Under the pieces are notes generated by a model, which searched no databases, was not told the DNA's origin, and saw only the letters and a program-made list of their open reading frames with translations. This document shows, one piece after another, positions 59,574 through 64,000 of a DNA stretch of 64,000 bases; the first letter of the stretch is position 1; every line of letters begins with the position of its first letter. The stretch lies in IMG/VR virus record IMGVR_UViG_3300024274_000264. One strand, 5' to 3'. The position numbers and the translations under genes are program-made. Source of the stretch: a virus.

Positions 59574-60895
59574 TGCCATATTTTGACATATATTCAAAAG
59601 CAAGTTTAAGGGGTTCTTATACGGATAATTTTATTTCTGGTTCTCCGCTGGTTGGAAAAGGATCAAGTGGTATACCTCAAATAAATTCTAAAAGAGGAGT
59701 TACAATATCAAGATATATAAGCTCACTTTTAAACGGTTTCCCAGTTTCGACTATAATTCTACCACAAAACTTCGAAAATTCTTATACGGAATATAGAACA
59801 GCATTAACAAATAGTTTAACTCTTATTAATAAAAACAATAGATTTGTTAATGCTTTTTCAGAAAACGAATATTATTATGATAGTTTTGTTCCTGATATGA
59901 ATGAAATTTTTCGAGTTGATAATGGTAAACTAATATTAATAAACACTCCAAAAGGAAATTCTTCTCAAATAACTTTTTTTGAATATGTTTTTGGTACAAG
60001 CACATATTCTGCATCAATTGAAAGTTTCGAATCTCATAGTTTAACAAGTTCAAATGGCCAACAAATTTCAAATGATAAATGGATCACTTCTTTTCCATTT
60101 GAAATAAAATATAGAAATGCGGCAAGATTACAAGGTAAACCTTTTAGTATCGAAAACTTATATTATAAAGTATCTGGTTCAGTTTTCAATAATTCTCCAG
60201 TGCTTGTATATGGAACTTCATCCATAGAATTTCCAATAACGAAATTACCTCCTTTTCAAGCTTTAACAGATGGTTTCTGGGGGAATTTGCCAAGTTTTCC
60301 TGCATCAATTTCATCAGGTAGTATTATTTTTGGTTTTCTTTTTCCTTCTGGTGCTTTGCCTACAAATCCAGAATCTGGAAATGGTTATAGCGCGGTAAAT
60401 AGAACAATACATGGAATTTTAGCAGATAAAACTTCTAGTGCAAATTCATTAACTTCGTTCAATGAAACAACATTGTTTTTTTCAAGTTCCAAACAATCTT
60501 CTACAATTAAATTTCTATATGGATTTGGAGATGGATTTAATGGACTTGGAGAATTTATAACAACCCAGCCAAATTCACTTTTTGGGTTTTCAATGGCCTC
60601 TGTTTATTTTGGTTCTCTTATTAGAGGTTGGAAATATGGATTAAAATCTGGGTTCCCAGAAAAAAGTAAAGTTCTTATTGAACGGTTACCTCACGGAGAA
60701 TTAAAATTCAAACATACAAATCGACTATTTTCTGCAATGTATGACTTAAAATCAAAAACTTTAACTTATCCACTAAAGATATCATTTTTAAGTGGCTCTA
60801 CAGATAGAACATTATCCATCTCAGCTTCGCTAAATACGAGAGATAGTGGGATTTATGATTTATATTACAGAGCAGGTCGCCCATTTTTTGAATAA
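59573..60895 (+). CDS. Putative structural protein
   Basis: S/G-rich coupled ORF. Confidence 0.6.
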   Translation: MPYFDIYSKASLRGSYTDNFISGSPLVGKGSSGIPQINSKRGVTISRYISSLLNGFPVSTIILPQNFENSYTEYRTALTNSLTLINKNNRFVNAFSENEYYYDSFVPDMNEIFRVDNGKLILINTPKGNSSQITFFEYVFGTSTYSASIESFESHSLTSSNGQQISNDKWITSFPFEIKYRNAARLQGKPFSIENLYYKVSGSVFNNSPVLVYGTSSIEFPITKLPPFQALTDGFWGNLPSFPASISSGSIIFGFLFPSGALPTNPESGNGYSAVNRTIHGILADKTSSANSLTSFNETTLFFSSSKQSSTIKFLYGFGDGFNGLGEFITTQPNSLFGFSMASVYFGSLIRGWKYGLKSGFPEKSKVLIERLPHGELKFKHTNRLFSAMYDLKSKTLTYPLKISFLSGSTDRTLSISASLNTRDSGIYDLYYRAGRPFFE

Positions 60896-60909
60896 TTAGG
60901 TAAAATATA

Positions 60910-61884
60910 ATGAGTGGTTTTTTAAATCCAAAAGAACGAATTTTAGATATAAATCTTACTGAAGAGGGCCGAAAACAACTTTCAAGAGGAAAACTATCAA
61001 TTAAGTTTTGTTCTTTTTCGGATTCTTCACTAGTTTATTCAGCTTTAGATCAATTTGATAGCGGATCTTTTTCTGAATTAAATACAAAACGATTAGGATT
61101 TGAGGCCGACTCTCGGCCCCAAGATACAATCATCTTTCATATGAATGAAAATGGAAATTTAAATATTCCTATCAATCTTAAACTATCTGGCTCAAACAAT
61201 GTTTTTAAAGTAATAGATGGAAAACTATTTTTCAGTTCAGGAAGCACAACATTAACAGGAAGTCAAGAAAATTTAGGCGATTTCAGTAAACAAATTCTAA
61301 GTACGAGTTTTCAAAATTTTAAAGATCTTTCTTTGTTAAGTTCCCCCAAATTTAACAATGAAAATATCGAATTTAAACTTTCTACAAATCAAATAGAGTT
61401 TGATATAACAAGAAAAAGTCCAATAAATATAGAAACTGAGATATTTGAAAGCAATATCAATCAGGCTGAAAGTTTTTTTATTGATAAAAGGTTATCAAAT
61501 CTCCCAAACTACAAATTCCTTCCACCTATTAATAAAAAAACAAATAACGCCGAATCTATTCCACTTGGAATTTATCCAAATTTAGGAAAACAAGAAAGTT
61601 TATCGGTTTCCGATCTTGATAAAGAATTATCTTTATTAAAATCTAGAGGTTCATATAAAAAAATAAATTTTTCTAATTCTAGTCCTGCGAATACAATAAT
61701 AGGACAACTTTTCGAAGTAAATAAAAATAATATAGCGAAATTAGATATTATTGATTTTGGAATACAAATGTTTAAAGAAAACAATCAGGTAATTTCGAGA
61801 CATGTTTTTTTTGCGGGAAAAATATTCTTAGATGAAAATGGAACTTATACATTTGTTAATATTTTCACACTAGTCTTTTCCTAA
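60910..61884 (+). CDS. Putative baseplate/fibre-attachment structural protein
   Basis: LD..LTEEGRKQLSRG..FSD N-terminal motif; TAATTA upstream. Confidence 0.6.
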   Translation: MSGFLNPKERILDINLTEEGRKQLSRGKLSIKFCSFSDSSLVYSALDQFDSGSFSELNTKRLGFEADSRPQDTIIFHMNENGNLNIPINLKLSGSNNVFKVIDGKLFFSSGSTTLTGSQENLGDFSKQILSTSFQNFKDLSLLSSPKFNNENIEFKLSTNQIEFDITRKSPINIETEIFESNINQAESFFIDKRLSNLPNYKFLPPINKKTNNAESIPLGIYPNLGKQESLSVSDLDKELSLLKSRGSYKKINFSNSSPANTIIGQLFEVNKNNIAKLDIIDFGIQMFKENNQVISRHVFFAGKIFLDENGTYTFVNIFTLVFS

Positions 61885-61916
61885 TAGTATAAAATTTTAT
61901 ACTTAGATTGAGACTG

Positions 61917-64000
61917 ATGAAATTCACAAATAAAATATCCGAAACGATTATACTTGCAAATGAATTGAATTTTGCAGATTTGGTCCAGGTTAATACGACA
62001 AATATCGTATATAGAATTTCATTTGAAATCGATTTAAATGAAGCCGCAAAGAAAAACAATTCTTTTTCTGGTAAAATATTTGTATCCAAGGCAAAAAAAA
62101 GCAAAACTGAACCAGTTTTTAACTCAGATTTAAACATAGGTAAAAAAAGTCAACCAGTTGCAAAAGATTCAAAATTGGGAAATCTTAAAATCATTGAAAA
62201 TATTCAACAGCTTTCAATTATTCGGAAAGAAACCGCAACAAGTAATGATCAAAACATAATCTTTACAAAAAATTTTTCAATGTTTGATTTTGCTTCAATC
62301 GATGCAATTGAAAAAAGTAAAAAAAATAGCTATTCGACTGAAGAAAAACAGGAAATACTAAAACCGATTGCACAAATAGATAAAGTTAAAGAGTTTATTC
62401 CAAATTATAAATTAACAAGCGATTCATCTGGACATACTATCACATCTCAAATGGAGATCGCGTTGAATGGTGGGACTGACCCAGCCATGTTAATTTCTAA
62501 AACTAGGGGAATAAAAAATGCAAATAAAACAACTGGTGGTATTTCTGTTTCTTACAAACCATTAAACGAAGTTCAAAATGCGATTGTCTCACAGCGGCAA
62601 AATATCCCACAAATCTCAAGCAATGCCTTAGCGACAACAATAAAAACTATATCAAAAACTACAGTAAAAGTAGTCATTGATATAACTTTTGAAAAAAATT
62701 TGATTAATTCATTAAATGAACTTTTTTTTGAAATTGAAATGTATGATGATGCAGCTAGACCAACGGCTAATAAACAATTGATTGTTAATCATAAAAGAAA
62801 ATTAGACATATTTCTAACTCCAAAATTTTCTCCAAAAATTATCTCATTTTATCGTCGCAATTCTGATGGAAAACTTGTTTTATTCGTAAAACAAAATGAC
62901 GAAAATGCAACAGGAATTTCTTTGTTTTATAAAGAAGTAGATAAAAAAAATTCAGATAATAAATACTTTTATCTTGGTAGTTACGAGATAAAAAAAAGTG
63001 ACGGAGAAAAAAGAATTGAAATTAATAAAACCTTAAATAAAAAAATTATATTAAGGGCAATTTCAAATTATCAAAATTCAAAAAATTGTTTGCTTTTTGA
63101 CTCAGTTGTTATTGATGAAAATAAGGATATAAATATTGAAAATACAAATAAGCAGTTATACGAATCTGTTTTAACTTATCAAATTAATCAAGATAATTCT
63201 ATTTTAATAAATGGTACTGTAAACGAAACAAATGTTTCATCAATTTTATTATATAAAAAACTTTTAAATTCAAAAGAAGAAATTTTATTATTTGGACCAT
63301 ATAAATTAGATTCAACTAAAAATTTTAGTTTCAAAGATGATAGTTCAAAAATAAATTCAATTTACGAATATTATATTAAGATAATAAAAAAAGATGGAGT
63401 TTTAGCAGAGACAAATTCTCGAATTGTAGTACAAAATAAAGAAACCGTTGCCAATATTTTAACAACGGAAATTATAAATCCTTTAAACTCTATAAATGCA
63501 AATGGAATTAATGTTGAATTCGAACTTAAAACAAATTTGGAAAGAAAAAATATAACTTTAGTTATAGAAAATTTTAAAACTTTAGGTATATATGATTTAT
63601 ATAAAGATCTTTTTGATTCGAGTGATATTTCAACATCATTTGTCTATCGGGTAACTAGAACAAACGTTCAAACAGGCGCAGAAGAAGATTTTGGAATAAT
63701 TGCTAGCTCTAAATTTAATGATTCTTTTTTAAGAACACAAAAAAATGTTAGAGAGCTGGAGAGCGGGTTTCAATATAGATATAAAGTTTATACATATTTT
63801 CGAACTCCTGCCACGTTATTGCCTAAATTAGTTTTAAATGAAACTTTCAGAGATATAACATATCAATATTATCCATATTTTTCGAGACATCCATTTACAT
63901 TAAAAAATGGAACAATTGTTACTGAAAACACACTAAAAGAACAACATTCGGAAAGTGATTATTCTTTCGGACCAACAGGCGAAATAATTGAATATTTGGC
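61917..64000 (+). CDS. Large putative structural protein, truncated by the window end
   Basis: ATG 61917 (MKFTNKISET..) after TACTTA; appears open to the edge (frame not checked codon by codon). Confidence 0.6.
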   Translation, partial: MKFTNKISETIILANELNFADLVQVNTTNIVYRISFEIDLNEAAKKNNSFSGKIFVSKAKKSKTEPVFNSDLNIGKKSQPVAKDSKLGNLKIIENIQQLSIIRKETATSNDQNIIFTKNFSMFDFASIDAIEKSKKNSYSTEEKQEILKPIAQIDKVKEFIPNYKLTSDSSGHTITSQMEIALNGGTDPAMLISKTRGIKNANKTTGGISVSYKPLNEVQNAIVSQRQNIPQISSNALATTIKTISKTTVKVVIDITFEKNLINSLNELFFEIEMYDDAARPTANKQLIVNHKRKLDIFLTPKFSPKIISFYRRNSDGKLVLFVKQNDENATGISLFYKEVDKKNSDNKYFYLGSYEIKKSDGEKRIEINKTLNKKIILRAISNYQNSKNCLLFDSVVIDENKDINIENTNKQLYESVLTYQINQDNSILINGTVNETNVSSILLYKKLLNSKEEILLFGPYKLDSTKNFSFKDDSSKINSIYEYYIKIIKKDGVLAETNSRIVVQNKETVANILTTEIINPLNSINANGINVEFELKTNLERKNITLVIENFKTLGIYDLYKDLFDSSDISTSFVYRVTRTNVQTGAEEDFGIIASSKFNDSFLRTQKNVRELESGFQYRYKVYTYFRTPATLLPKLVLNETFRDITYQYYPYFSRHPFTLKNGTIVTENTLKEQHSESDYSFGPTGEIIEYL

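Noticed and set aside
247-62137. Many short antisense or nested ORFs in the track (e.g. 2402..2644, 18390..18806, 38986..39354, 61865..62137)
   Set aside because: They are shadows of well-supported genes on the other strand or frame and carry no motifs

Overview
AT-rich, densely coding segment of a large contractile-tailed (T4-superfamily-like/jumbo) bacteriophage genome, read in the standard code. Left end: a DNA polymerase III alpha (DnaE) gene broken into at least four separate genes. Three lie in this window and the N-terminal/PHP piece must lie elsewhere, probably upstream. The pieces carry three different split inteins plus one cis mini-intein; two unknown ORFs and a collapsed Vsr-like endonuclease remnant sit in the gaps. 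Middle: accessory genes (Fe/Mn SOD-like, fatty-acid hydroxylase, metalloproteases, two kinase-like paralogs, GNAT, MAP, PDF, SWIM-SNF2 helicase, thymidine kinase) and a large nucleotide-sugar/glycosylation cluster (ugd-like, fcl, intein-containing gmd, GDP-mannose 3,5-epimerase-like, FkbM methyltransferases, glycosyltransferases). Right: tail/baseplate module (gp26-like chaperone with a candidate frameshift, tape measure, two GT4s of which one has an intein, late sigma factor, spike-like, gp25, gp6, LamG-containing and other structural genes). A TANTTA motif precedes many putative late genes, and several enzymes share an N-terminal (F/L)(I/L)FES leader. All protein calls come from motif recognition by eye; no searches were run. 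No tRNA, rRNA or CRISPR array was recognised.
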